Below are positions 37,355 through 46,075 of a DNA stretch of 61,312 nt, piece by piece. The notes under the pieces are model-generated. The model was given only the letters and a program-made list of their open reading frames with translations. It ran no database searches and had not been told where the DNA came from. Position numbers and translations under genes: made by a program. The stretch's first letter is position 1. Each line of letters begins with the position of its first letter. The DNA is taken from positions 1 through 61,312 of IMG/VR virus record IMGVR_UViG_3300017727_000008; one strand, 5' to 3'. The stretch is from a virus (Duplodnaviria; Caudoviricetes).

Positions 37355-38328
37355 GCGGCGTTTGCTTCTGGAGCATCGTCCTCCCAACCCCAATCACCTT
37401 CCATACCGTTAACGGAATACTCAGTGACTCGTTTCTCAAAGAAGTTATCATGGGACGCACCATTCAATACCCAGTCCAACCACGGTAGTGGATTGTCCTT
37501 GACACCGAACTTAGGCTTCATACCTAGTTGCAGTAGTCTACGATCTGCAATGTGACGGATGTATTGCTTGACATCTGCCTCGGACAGACCTTCGATATCT
37601 CCAGACTTATATGCCAATGTGATGAATCGGTCTTCTAACTTCACGGCATTCCTAGCCATCTGGTAGATCTTAGACTTTAACTCATCGTTGACGATACGTG
37701 GATGTTCTTCACAGAACTCACGGAACAGTTTAGCGTTCCCCTGTACGTGCAGTGTCTCATCACGGATAGACCACTCTACAATCGTACCCATACCCTTCAT
37801 CTTACCGAACCTCTGGAAGTTCAGCAACATCACAAAGGATGCGAACAGGGACATACCCTCATTGAATACAGACTGTGCAAGTACCAAGGCAAGACCGTTC
37901 AGAGAATGAATATCACCCTCTTTCATGAAGTCAATCTTGTCTGCCATCTCCTTATATTCCATAAATGCAGAGTGTTCTTCATCTGGTAAACCTAGAGTGT
38001 CATTCAACAATGCATAAGCACGTTGGTGTACACCTTCACGGTTTGCAAATGAGGACAACATGTTACGGACTTCGTTGTTTTTGAAACGAGGTATCAACAA
38101 CTCATGATAGTTCTCACCGACCTGTACATCAGACTGGGTGAACAGCCTCAGTACTTGGGTGATAAACTCTTTCTCGTCTTCGTTTAGTTTTGTTCTCCAG
38201 TCTTGGATATCCTCAGACAGTTCTGCCTCATCCTCAACCCAGTGAACCTCTTCGTGTTTCTTTACAAGTTCAACCGCCCAAGGATATTGGAACGGTTTAT
38301 ACGTTTTACTAAATTCTAGTAGTGCCAT
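37351..38328 (-). CDS. nrdB: ribonucleotide reductase class Ia beta subunit
   Basis: FTQSD, REGVHQRAY (radical Tyr), EGMSLFASF, RDETLH, NFFEKRVTEY. Confidence 0.97.
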   Translation of the reverse strand: MALLEFSKTYKPFQYPWAVELVKKHEEVHWVEDEAELSEDIQDWRTKLNEDEKEFITQVLRLFTQSDVQVGENYHELLIPRFKNNEVRNMLSSFANREGVHQRAYALLNDTLGLPDEEHSAFMEYKEMADKIDFMKEGDIHSLNGLALVLAQSVFNEGMSLFASFVMLLNFQRFGKMKGMGTIVEWSIRDETLHVQGNAKLFREFCEEHPRIVNDELKSKIYQMARNAVKLEDRFITLAYKSGDIEGLSEADVKQYIRHIADRRLLQLGMKPKFGVKDNPLPWLDWVLNGASHDNFFEKRVTEYSVNGMEGDWGWEDDAPEANAA

Positions 38329-38336
38329 CTATTTTT

Positions 38337-40322
38337 TTATCCTTCACAGGCAATGCATTCATCACCCTCTTGAGTTTCATGGTTCTCGTTCAAATGCGCC
38401 ATCAAATCATCCCAACCACCAACATACTCACCTTCTAGGTAGATTTGTGGTACGGTCTTGACTTTACGACCTGTGACTTCGGCAGCAGACTTTCCGATTT
38501 CTTTTAGGTCAATATAGTCAAAGGGGATTCCTCTCAATGTCAACTCTTCTTTTGCCATAGCGCAGTATGGACAATCGTCTTTTCCGTATACTATAGTACG
38601 CATATCACCCGCAAGTGCAATACGTTCTACCTTCTCGGATACATTCTCTGCTCTTTGTTTTGCTTCTGTACGCAAGTAATACAGACCTTTGAGTCCGTCC
38701 TTCCATGCTCTCAGATGCACTTGGTTTACATAAGACTTCTCGGCTCCAGCAGGGAAAAATAGATTCACCGACTGACCTTGACAGATAAATGGTTGACGTT
38801 CTGCTGCGTGTGTAACCACCCAGTTTTGGTCAAGTTCATCTGCTGTCTTAAAGATTGCCTTCTCTCCTTCAGTAAAGAAGGGAAGGTGTTGTACCGAACC
38901 TTTCTTGGTAATGATTGATGTCCAAGTAGATTCGTTGTTTTCACCCTTCTCATTTAAGAGTTGAGTAAGGTATTTATTCTTTACGAGGAACGAACCAGCG
39001 CGTGTCCTATGTGTGTACGCATTTGCCTTCAAAGGTTCGATAGATGGACTCGTTGATAGGATTACACCACTTGAGGCATTTGGCGCAATCGCAAGAAGAT
39101 GGGAGTTCCTTCGTCCATATCCCTCTCCATCTGGATACTCTCCTCTTTCCAAGGCAAGCAAGATGGTCTCGTCTTCTGCTTCGGATTTGATTCGTTCAAA
39201 GACTGTTCTGTTGATTTCTCTTGCTGCTTCGGATTCCCACGCAACACCGTGCTTTTGCAATAGGGAATGAAATCCCATGGCTCCAAGACCAATGCTTCGT
39301 TCACGTTCAGCAGAGTACTTGGCTCTGGTAATAGTGTTGGGTGCTTCATCGATGAAGAACTGCAAGACATTGTCAAGCATACGAACAAGGTCACGGATAA
39401 TAGTAGTATCTTTCCATTCATCATAATATTCCAAGTTTAGGGAGGATAGACAGCACACTGCCGTTCTATCCTCGGAGGTTGGTAGGTGTATTTCGTTACA
39501 TAGATTAGATCCGTGGATCTTCAGTCCACGATCTTTCAATGGTGTTGGTAGGTCTGCGTTTGCGGTATCAATAAAGTTCAGGTATGGTTCACCTGTACGG
39601 AATCGGATCTCAAGGATACGCTCCCATAGTTTACGTGCATTGATAGTTTCTTTTACCGAATCATCTTTTGGATCGCGTAATCCAAACTCGGCATTCGCAT
39701 GAACCGCCTCCATGAACTCATCGGTGATATTGATTGCGTTATGTAGGTTCAATGCCTTGCGTTGTACATCACCCGTAGGGATACGCATATTCATAAACTC
39801 AACGATGTCAGGGTGGTGGATATCCATGTACGCAGCGTAGGAACCCTTACGAGTCTTACCCTGACGATACGCAATCATGTCTGCGTCTACTGTGTGTAGG
39901 AAGGGCATAGGGCCAGGCGCGATATCTGATACCGTTCTTACATCAGACCAATGACCACCGACACCACCACCATACACAGACAACCATCTGAGTTCTGATG
40001 AGTGTCCGATTAGACCTTCGAGGGTGTCAGGTACATAGGTGAGGAAGCAAGAGATGGGCATCCCTTTGTCTGCTTTGGTACCATTGGGTGCATTAGAAAG
40101 AACCGGACTCGCGAACATGAACCACTTATTGGACACATAGTCATAGAGACGTTGTGCCAATTCATCATCCATCTCGTTTCGATACTTAGACCATGCTTCT
40201 GATGCCCGTTTGAAACCCTCTTGGGGACTCTTCTCATAATCACGCAAATAAAAGTCTTTTAACATTCCCACTGCGTATTCAGCGAGGAGACTATCTTTCT
40301 TCTTATCAATTTTTACGGGCAT
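38337..40322 (-). CDS. nrdA: ribonucleotide reductase class Ia alpha subunit with embedded glutaredoxin domain
   Basis: ISCF, SNLCNEI, CCLSSLN, IAPNASS, KGLYYLR, then CPYC...TVPQI..GG and terminal CIACEG; no ATP cone. Confidence 0.97.
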   Translation of the reverse strand: MPVKIDKKKDSLLAEYAVGMLKDFYLRDYEKSPQEGFKRASEAWSKYRNEMDDELAQRLYDYVSNKWFMFASPVLSNAPNGTKADKGMPISCFLTYVPDTLEGLIGHSSELRWLSVYGGGVGGHWSDVRTVSDIAPGPMPFLHTVDADMIAYRQGKTRKGSYAAYMDIHHPDIVEFMNMRIPTGDVQRKALNLHNAINITDEFMEAVHANAEFGLRDPKDDSVKETINARKLWERILEIRFRTGEPYLNFIDTANADLPTPLKDRGLKIHGSNLCNEIHLPTSEDRTAVCCLSSLNLEYYDEWKDTTIIRDLVRMLDNVLQFFIDEAPNTITRAKYSAERERSIGLGAMGFHSLLQKHGVAWESEAAREINRTVFERIKSEAEDETILLALERGEYPDGEGYGRRNSHLLAIAPNASSGVILSTSPSIEPLKANAYTHRTRAGSFLVKNKYLTQLLNEKGENNESTWTSIITKKGSVQHLPFFTEGEKAIFKTADELDQNWVVTHAAERQPFICQGQSVNLFFPAGAEKSYVNQVHLRAWKDGLKGLYYLRTEAKQRAENVSEKVERIALAGDMRTIVYGKDDCPYCAMAKEELTLRGIPFDYIDLKEIGKSAAEVTGRKVKTVPQIYLEGEYVGGWDDLMAHLNENHETQEGDECIACEG

Positions 40323-40394
40323 TCTTTCTTTTCCATGCGTATAGTTTTTTTAGGGGTAATAGTATATATCACCCCCATAATTTTGAGATCAGGT

Positions 40395-40423
40395 ATTATA
40401 CGCTATATGGGAAAGAAAGTCAA
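40395..40423 (-). promoter_or_regulatory. sigma70-type promoter for nrdAB
   Basis: TTGACT-17-TATAAT. Confidence 0.75.
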
Positions 40424-40815
40424 TCTTTTATTTCAGTTTCTTCCTCTTGAGGTTTTCTCTCAATCGCACCCTCGTAGTAGGCTATGATTGCCTTCTGTTG
40501 CTCCATATATCGTCGGATCTCTCCGATGTTCAGAGCGAGGGTTTCGTATGATCTTACACTGAAGGCGTAGAATACCCACTCTTGACCATTGTCTTTTTTG
40601 TAGGTTTCTATAAATTCGTCCCAGTTCTCCTCGGTCACCACATAGATTTTGGGGTGGTTGAGACTTACTGGTTTAGGTGCGACCTGTAGAGGAATCTTGT
40701 TCTCAACAAACTTGGTCTGGATAACAACCTCTGGTTCAGGAGGTTGTCTGTTTAGGAGTGAGCAGCCGCTAATTACTGGTAGTAGAAGCAGCGCCGCTAA
40801 TAGTCTCAATTTCAT
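40420..40815 (-). CDS. o-spanin-like lipoprotein
   Basis: Signal peptide with lipobox ISG-C and Pro-rich linker; overlaps the 3' end of the i-spanin. Confidence 0.7.
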   Translation of the reverse strand: MKLRLLAALLLLPVISGCSLLNRQPPEPEVVIQTKFVENKIPLQVAPKPVSLNHPKIYVVTEENWDEFIETYKKDNGQEWVFYAFSVRSYETLALNIGEIRRYMEQQKAIIAYYEGAIERKPQEEETEIKD

Positions 40816-41164
40816 TCCACACCTTCTTGGTAGCATTATTGACTCTCGTTTCAATCATTCCCGGCTTCTTCAGACTAAGCAAGGTGAGGTCATGTCTTTG
40901 TAGTTTACCCCGCAGTTTGTCTGTGTAGACTTCTGCCTCCTGTAAACCTACTTGTAGTTCTTGGTTGCGTTCATTCATCTCTGTCGCAAATTCTTGCGCT
41001 TGTTCTAACGCCTTCTGATTCTCTTCTGCGACAATCTTTAACTTCACATTGTTTTCGCGTAGAGTTTCGATACGATCTTTCATATCGTTGTACTCACGAT
41101 ACACACCAAACACTACTGTACTCAGTAGACCAAATATAGCAATGAACACATAGACCTTAATCAT
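40769..41164 (-). CDS. i-spanin-like protein
   Basis: N-terminal TM followed by a long coiled coil. Confidence 0.65.
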   Translation of the reverse strand: MIKVYVFIAIFGLLSTVVFGVYREYNDMKDRIETLRENNVKLKIVAEENQKALEQAQEFATEMNERNQELQVGLQEAEVYTDKLRGKLQRHDLTLLSLKKPGMIETRVNNATKKVWNEIETISGAASTTSN

Positions 41165-41325
41165 TAGTCTTCTTTCTTGTAGATAGTCCAACCACCATAT
41201 GCGATAGCAGCATAGGCGGCAATAGAAGCGAAAGGTTTGAACACTAGGAAGATAACTCCCGCAGCGATAAGAACCACACCATCAAGTGAAGTTCGTTCTT
41301 TGAGTCTTGCTTTGATAAAGTCCAT
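41164..41325 (-). CDS. small two-TM protein, holin candidate (53 aa, not in ORF track)
   Basis: MDFIKARLKERTSLDGVVLIAAGVIFLVFKPFASIAAYAAIAYGGWTIYKKED; TAATG coupling on both sides. Confidence 0.6.
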   Translation of the reverse strand: MDFIKARLKERTSLDGVVLIAAGVIFLVFKPFASIAAYAAIAYGGWTIYKKED

Positions 41326-41636
41326 TAGAAGGTATACCTTATTTCAGTTTCTAGTTTTGATTTTGGCACCGAACCATCAGCATCCTTGGTTTCAAGTTTG
41401 CCTTTGAAAGTAAACTTATCTTTCTTAAACTTGTATCCACTCTCCCAACTGTACCCATCGGTCATAGGGCCCGCTTCAAGATATAAGTTATTGTCGGCCT
41501 TATACCCAAAACGAAGATGCTGCGTGTTTTTATCAAACTTCCAGTCTTTGTGTTGATGTTCATGCTTGTACTCTATGTACGGGTTTGCATGAGACATCAT
41601 GGGTGCAAGTATAATCAATCCTAATAGTTTTTTCAA
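41325..41636 (-). CDS. secreted small beta-barrel / outer-membrane-like protein
   Basis: Signal peptide ending SHA, alternating beta strands, C-terminal IRYTF; TTG start after an AGG RBS. Confidence 0.55.
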   Translation of the reverse strand: MKKLLGLIILAPMMSHANPYIEYKHEHQHKDWKFDKNTQHLRFGYKADNNLYLEAGPMTDGYSWESGYKFKKDKFTFKGKLETKDADGSVPKSKLETEIRYTF

Positions 41637-42217
41637 AGTGCCTTTGCTCCCACTTTTCTGTGTCCATTCCATGCAACAAACCCACCGATGCGTAGTGCCC
41701 AGTATGCCAGTTTGTTCAGGAAGTGAAATCCATTCTGCTCAATACCGATGTCACGGAACAGTGCATCCGCCTCTTTCTGTGTCATGGGGTCTGTTGTACT
41801 CTTCTTACCCTTCTTGAGTAGGACAGTGTACTTGTAGACATAGTCATGAACCAGACCACCTACGAGTAGTACACCAGTCGGTGATAACCATGAAGCAAGG
41901 AACTTAGGAACAGAGGCACCGTCAAAGACGAACCCCTTGGGGATGACATACTTCTCACCGTCTAGAGAGAAGTTCCAGTCTTTGGCAATCTCCCATGTGC
42001 GTACACCCAGAAGCCACATCTTAATCGCACCCCAGAACCCTTTACCTGCCGTTTCGATTGTAATGGGTCTCATGTGAGGCATCTCATTAAACTCTAGACC
42101 AACTAGTGGTTCATCCTGATCAACACCGAATAGGTTGATGATCCACCCTATGATGATCAACACACCCGCGAGGGTGAACTGCCACCATGTCATCAATTGG
42201 TCTATAATGAATTCCAT
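41633..42217 (-). CDS. DUF1353-family protein
   Basis: IPKGFVFDGASVP, LVHDYVY, EADALF; N-terminal TM. Confidence 0.75.
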   Translation of the reverse strand: MEFIIDQLMTWWQFTLAGVLIIIGWIINLFGVDQDEPLVGLEFNEMPHMRPITIETAGKGFWGAIKMWLLGVRTWEIAKDWNFSLDGEKYVIPKGFVFDGASVPKFLASWLSPTGVLLVGGLVHDYVYKYTVLLKKGKKSTTDPMTQKEADALFRDIGIEQNGFHFLNKLAYWALRIGGFVAWNGHRKVGAKAL

Positions 42218-42403
42218 CTACTTACTCCAGTATTTCCTTGATTCTTCTTGTTTACTTATAAAACGTTTCAAGACATCTGGTCTATTGTCACGTTTCTTTT
42301 TCTTCTTGCCAAGATATACTGGTACGGTTTCACTATCGTCTCCTGCCCCAGCGACTGCACCTGTGGCAGTCATTTCTTCAGTGAATTGCTTGAATCCCTT
42401 CAT
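42218..42403 (-). CDS. small putative internal virion protein
   Basis: Starts MKGFKQFTEE; AGGAG RBS. Confidence 0.55.
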   Translation of the reverse strand: MKGFKQFTEEMTATGAVAGAGDDSETVPVYLGKKKKKRDNRPDVLKRFISKQEESRKYWSK

Positions 42404-42999
42404 CGCGTAATCTCTCCTGATGAGAAGTAAACCCACTGCTTAGAGTTTAGGTGCATTCCCTTGTATATATCGATACCTAAAACTTCATGAACTGGACTTG
42501 AGTCACTTTCAAAAACTCGTACCCTGTCATCTTTCTTCACTATGTCTTCACAGTCTATAGTGATGGTATCGTGTTTGAATCGATAGACGCCTGGCCCTAG
42601 TTGTTTGTCTTCCAACATAAACCATTGAGAGTCTTCTGCGAGTACATCAAGGATGTCTATGCCTGTCTCTTTGTGGATCTGCATGAGTTTAGAATTTGAT
42701 AGTTGACCATTCTCTTTGATCAGTGCGAGTGCTGCACCATACCTAGCGACTACGGACTGTCCGCCAGGCACCTTTGCCATGAGTCGTTTGAGGTTGAATA
42801 CCAGACGGTGGAATGGGGTATAATGGCTGCGATATGCATCACGGTCATCAGTACTATTCGTATTGAAGTCCTTGCGTTTCTTCCCGTCTTCATCTACAAT
42901 ACCGGCCTTGTATGCTTCAGTGTCCGTAAACGGAGTCACTAACAGTTTCAAGAACCGGATTGTATAGACGAGGTCTGCTGCTGATTTGAGTAATCCCAT
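42400..42999 (-). CDS. conserved hypothetical late protein
   Basis: RFLKLLVTPF..TEAYKAGIVD, YTPFHRLVFNLKRL. Confidence 0.65.
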   Translation of the reverse strand: MGLLKSAADLVYTIRFLKLLVTPFTDTEAYKAGIVDEDGKKRKDFNTNSTDDRDAYRSHYTPFHRLVFNLKRLMAKVPGGQSVVARYGAALALIKENGQLSNSKLMQIHKETGIDILDVLAEDSQWFMLEDKQLGPGVYRFKHDTITIDCEDIVKKDDRVRVFESDSSPVHEVLGIDIYKGMHLNSKQWVYFSSGEITR

Positions 43000-43004
43000 A
43001 AGTC

Positions 43005-43012
43005 TATTTATA
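43005..43012 (-). promoter_or_regulatory. late promoter TATAAATA
   Basis: Exact consensus just before ATG 42999. Confidence 0.65.
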
Positions 43013-43376
43013 CATTTTTTATTTCACGCAAGCGTTCAACTACCAAACTATCCATCTCAATATTGGTATATTCGGTGTTCTTGATTGCGTTAAGGAATAT
43101 TAGAAAGGGTTTCAATGTGCCCCAGTGTTCAAGTTCGATCTTGAGTTCAAGGATGTTTAGTCCTGCCTCGTAACCGAACACATTAAATATTACGATAAGA
43201 TGATTAAGAATAAGACGGTCTGATAGTACACCAGTATCTCTGTAACGATTAAATAACCTCTTTATGTACTTAAATTTCTTCAGATCTTCATAAAACTCTT
43301 CACTATCAATACATCTAGGATTATGATAGTTTTGAGCGGCATATACCGTTACATTATCTTTGGTGAGTTTCATCAT
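43008..43376 (-). CDS. conserved hypothetical T4-like protein
   Basis: EEFYEDLKKFKYIKRL, LILNHLIVIFNVFG, LKPFLIFL. Confidence 0.65.
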   Translation of the reverse strand: MMKLTKDNVTVYAAQNYHNPRCIDSEEFYEDLKKFKYIKRLFNRYRDTGVLSDRLILNHLIVIFNVFGYEAGLNILELKIELEHWGTLKPFLIFLNAIKNTEYTNIEMDSLVVERLREIKNV

Positions 43377-43420
43377 ATAACTACTTATATGATTTTATGC
43401 CCTCTCACGAGGGCAAAAGG

Positions 43421-43729
43421 TTAACTCAATCCAATGATTGTCTTAGTTTTTTCTACGAGAGTCTGTTTACTTTCACGACGATCTAGTTCAACACCGTGTT
43501 GGCGACCAAGTGCTTCAAGTTCTGTCTTCGTCATCTCATCAAGTGACTTGTTACCCACGGGGGCTTCGGTCAACATCTGAGGAGCAGGCGCAGGGGCACT
43601 TCCGTGGAACTCTGCAATTTGGTCTGGAGTGAATCCACCAGACTTGTATAATTCACCAGTCTGTGGGTCTTCCCAACCATTTGCAGTTGGAACTGCGTTT
43701 TCGCACCATGCGGGAGCTTTAATTGTCAT
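43421..43729 (-). CDS. hypothetical protein with C-terminal HeH/Rho-N-like motif
   Basis: MTKTELEALGRQHGVELDRRESKQTLV. Confidence 0.55.
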   Translation of the reverse strand: MTIKAPAWCENAVPTANGWEDPQTGELYKSGGFTPDQIAEFHGSAPAPAPQMLTEAPVGNKSLDEMTKTELEALGRQHGVELDRRESKQTLVEKTKTIIGLS

Positions 43730-43744
43730 AACATTTACCTTCTA

Positions 43745-44005
43745 TTAATATGAGAATCCGACTGCAACACCAAGTACACCAGCGTTTGCAGCGAATATTT
43801 TATCGGTAGGTGATTTCTTTACTACCTCTGATGCACCCGCAGCCAAAGTGAAAGTACCTATATCAGTACCTCCAGCTTCTTCTAGGGTCACTAAGTGAGC
43901 GGATGTGTGAGTATTAATCAACCTAACTGCCGAGGCTGCACCAAAAGTGGATGCAGCACCGCTAGTAGTACCACACGCTGCCTGTGTTCCTTCAAGTATG
44001 ATCAT
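43745..44005 (-). CDS. small beta-rich putative virion protein
   Basis: Gly/Ala/Thr-rich; GAGGAG RBS. Confidence 0.55.
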   Translation of the reverse strand: MIILEGTQAACGTTSGAASTFGAASAVRLINTHTSAHLVTLEEAGGTDIGTFTLAAGASEVVKKSPTDKIFAANAGVLGVAVGFSY

Positions 44006-44985
44006 TAACAATCTCCTCGACGTTTTGCCATTCTTTCTAAGAATGCCTTTGCTTCTCTGGTACGAGCATCATATGCTTTCTTTTCTTTCTCGGTGTCACG
44101 CTTCATATCACCAGCAAGTTGAGCACGTGCCATATCAACAAGAGATACAGAACCACTCTGAGTTGCAGGGTCTACTACCATTGCTTTCTCTTCAATGGTC
44201 TCAACATCACACTCACCGCAGCAATCTTCGGTACCACAATTCTCGTGATCTTCCTTTACAGGTGCTTCTGTTGATTTGACAACATTAGTGTCACCCGCAG
44301 CATTGTCCTGTGGACGCTTACCAGACTTTGCCTTAGTTGCTTGTCCAGCCTTGGTTGCAGTCTCAGGATTTTTTGTACCATCTTCGGTCTCAGACTTATG
44401 CTTGTCGGCAAACTCTTTAGACTTAGGAGATTCCTTGTCCATGATACCTTCAGGTTTGGTAGCACCTTTAGTCTCTTTGCGTTCACCCAGAATGTTCTCA
44501 AACATATTCAGAAGTTCTTCGGTTGCTTCACCGATCTTAGAAATCTCTGCGGTCTTGGCATTAGATGCAACTTTCTTCTTGTCATCCTTCTTACCAGCAA
44601 CCTTGGGGGCTTCTTCTTCTTCGCCACCCTCGTCCTCTTCTTCTTCTTTCACAGAGTACTTCTTACCAGCAACTACGAACTCGTCTTCACCCTTTTCTTT
44701 AGCAGCATTGAGTGCTTTAGTGAATGCGTTACCTTCTTCTTTTTCTTTATTCTTTGCGGGTTTCTTACCACCATCGATGGCATCATCGGTAGCAGCACGG
44801 CGCTTGTGTAAATACTCGTCCGAGGAATCTACATCGCCGTCATTGTCGATGTCCTTGTCCTTACGATCTTTGAACTTCTTGTCGTTCGCTTTATCGTCAA
44901 CAGGATCTAGTTTTTTCTCACTAAGATTAGCATTCACCACGGAGGCCCATGCAGCACCTAGTTTTTGGATATCAGATGTTTTCAT
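44005..44985 (-). CDS. highly charged putative internal/core protein
   Basis: Lys/Glu-rich; DKDIDNDGDVDSSDEYL loop; CGTEDCCGEC cluster. Confidence 0.6.
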   Translation of the reverse strand: MKTSDIQKLGAAWASVVNANLSEKKLDPVDDKANDKKFKDRKDKDIDNDGDVDSSDEYLHKRRAATDDAIDGGKKPAKNKEKEEGNAFTKALNAAKEKGEDEFVVAGKKYSVKEEEEDEGGEEEEAPKVAGKKDDKKKVASNAKTAEISKIGEATEELLNMFENILGERKETKGATKPEGIMDKESPKSKEFADKHKSETEDGTKNPETATKAGQATKAKSGKRPQDNAAGDTNVVKSTEAPVKEDHENCGTEDCCGECDVETIEEKAMVVDPATQSGSVSLVDMARAQLAGDMKRDTEKEKKAYDARTREAKAFLERMAKRRGDC

Positions 44986-44996
44986 TTTGTCTCCGT

Positions 44997-45281
44997 TCAC
45001 ATCCAGAAGTATTTGACTATACCAGCAATAACTGCTACAGATATAGCGTATACTACTTTATTAATGATGGCAACCGTTCTCGCGTTGTCATCTACCTTTT
45101 TCTCTATGTCATCCAACTTGGCGGAGAACTTATTCATCCGATCAAAGTTATTGTGGTTATTCTTTTCTATGGCAATCAACTTTTCTTCTGCACGAGCAAG
45201 ACTAATCATTGCTTCAGATAGTCTATCTATCTTCTCTTCAATACGATCTAGTCGTTGCGTCTGTGTACCTGATTCAGCCAT
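44997..45281 (-). CDS. coiled-coil protein with C-terminal TM
   Basis: RLDRIEEKIDRL heptads, hydrophobic C-terminus. Confidence 0.6.
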   Translation of the reverse strand: MAESGTQTQRLDRIEEKIDRLSEAMISLARAEEKLIAIEKNNHNNFDRMNKFSAKLDDIEKKVDDNARTVAIINKVVYAISVAVIAGIVKYFWM

Positions 45282-45321
45282 AAAAATTTCCCATTTACAT
45301 ATAGAGTATTACTCGTTTCTC

Positions 45322-45369
45322 TCAGTCGCAACACTTACAGTTGCAACATTCGCAGCATGAACATCTCAT
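45322..45369 (-). CDS. 15-aa Cys-rich micropeptide MRCSCCECCNCKCCD (not in ORF track)
   Basis: AAGGAG 8 nt upstream, ATGA overlap, late promoter at 45401-45408; 8 of 15 residues are Cys. Confidence 0.6.
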   Translation of the reverse strand: MRCSCCECCNCKCCD

Positions 45370-46070
45370 CGATAGTTCTCCTTTGAAACAGCGTTATGTT
45401 TATTTATAAGATTCCGATTTTCTAATCTGTAACTACAGATCTTATATTCCCAATATTTCGGGATTCTTACTCCTAAATACTCACCTATACGAGTGAGTTC
45501 GTTTGTTGTCCCCGTCGAATCAAATAATAATTCATACGGATCGACCAATAAAAAATCATGGTCTTCTGGGATTGTCTCCATGTACACATTAAAGTAATGT
45601 GCCATAGACTCCCAAGGTCTGTTCCAAAACTGTTCAGTGTCCAATATACCATCATCAATCATGGCCTGACCTTGTGCATGGTCAGATGGTTTCACTAGTT
45701 TCAGTCTTGCCAGTTGTTCTGTGTACTCAAGACTCTTTTTATTTCTAGGCATAAAAATAATAGTCTTGGTCTCACCCCAATCATTCCAAAGATAGTTAGA
45801 CCAGAACTCTTGGTGTAGAACAAACCCGTAACCGTGGTCAAGTCTAACATTCCAGAGTTCTTTATTCCACTCAGGTTTCTGTACCTGAAAAGGATTACCT
45901 CTAGTCACCTCTATTTCGTGTGACTGGTAATCCTCTCGCTTCAAAAACCATCGCGAAGTCTCTTTGTCTTGTTGTAGTGGTTTTTCAGCAACACCTTCTA
46001 GTTGCTGTAACAAACCACCAAAAAACTCACCACCAGCACCACCACGGTACAGTAGATTTATAATTTTCAT
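45366..46070 (-). CDS. hypothetical protein (sulfotransferase/P-loop-like N-terminus)
   Basis: INLLYRGGAGGEFF. Confidence 0.5.
   Translation of the reverse strand: MKIINLLYRGGAGGEFFGGLLQQLEGVAEKPLQQDKETSRWFLKREDYQSHEIEVTRGNPFQVQKPEWNKELWNVRLDHGYGFVLHQEFWSNYLWNDWGETKTIIFMPRNKKSLEYTEQLARLKLVKPSDHAQGQAMIDDGILDTEQFWNRPWESMAHYFNVYMETIPEDHDFLLVDPYELLFDSTGTTNELTRIGEYLGVRIPKYWEYKICSYRLENRNLINKHNAVSKENYR
45401..45408 (-). promoter_or_regulatory. late promoter TATAAATA
   Basis: Exact consensus inside the 3' end of the upstream CDS. Confidence 0.6.
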
Positions 46071-46075
46071 TTCAT

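Noticed and set aside
43398-43415. Hairpin TGCCCTC-TCAC-GAGGGCA (GUGA loop on the coding strand) as a terminator
   Set aside because: Followed by A-rich rather than U-rich sequence on both strands; may be a stability element but unsupported.
44276-45016. 246-aa Ser/Leu/Phe-rich plus-strand ORF
   Set aside because: Mirror of the Lys/Glu-rich minus-strand gene.
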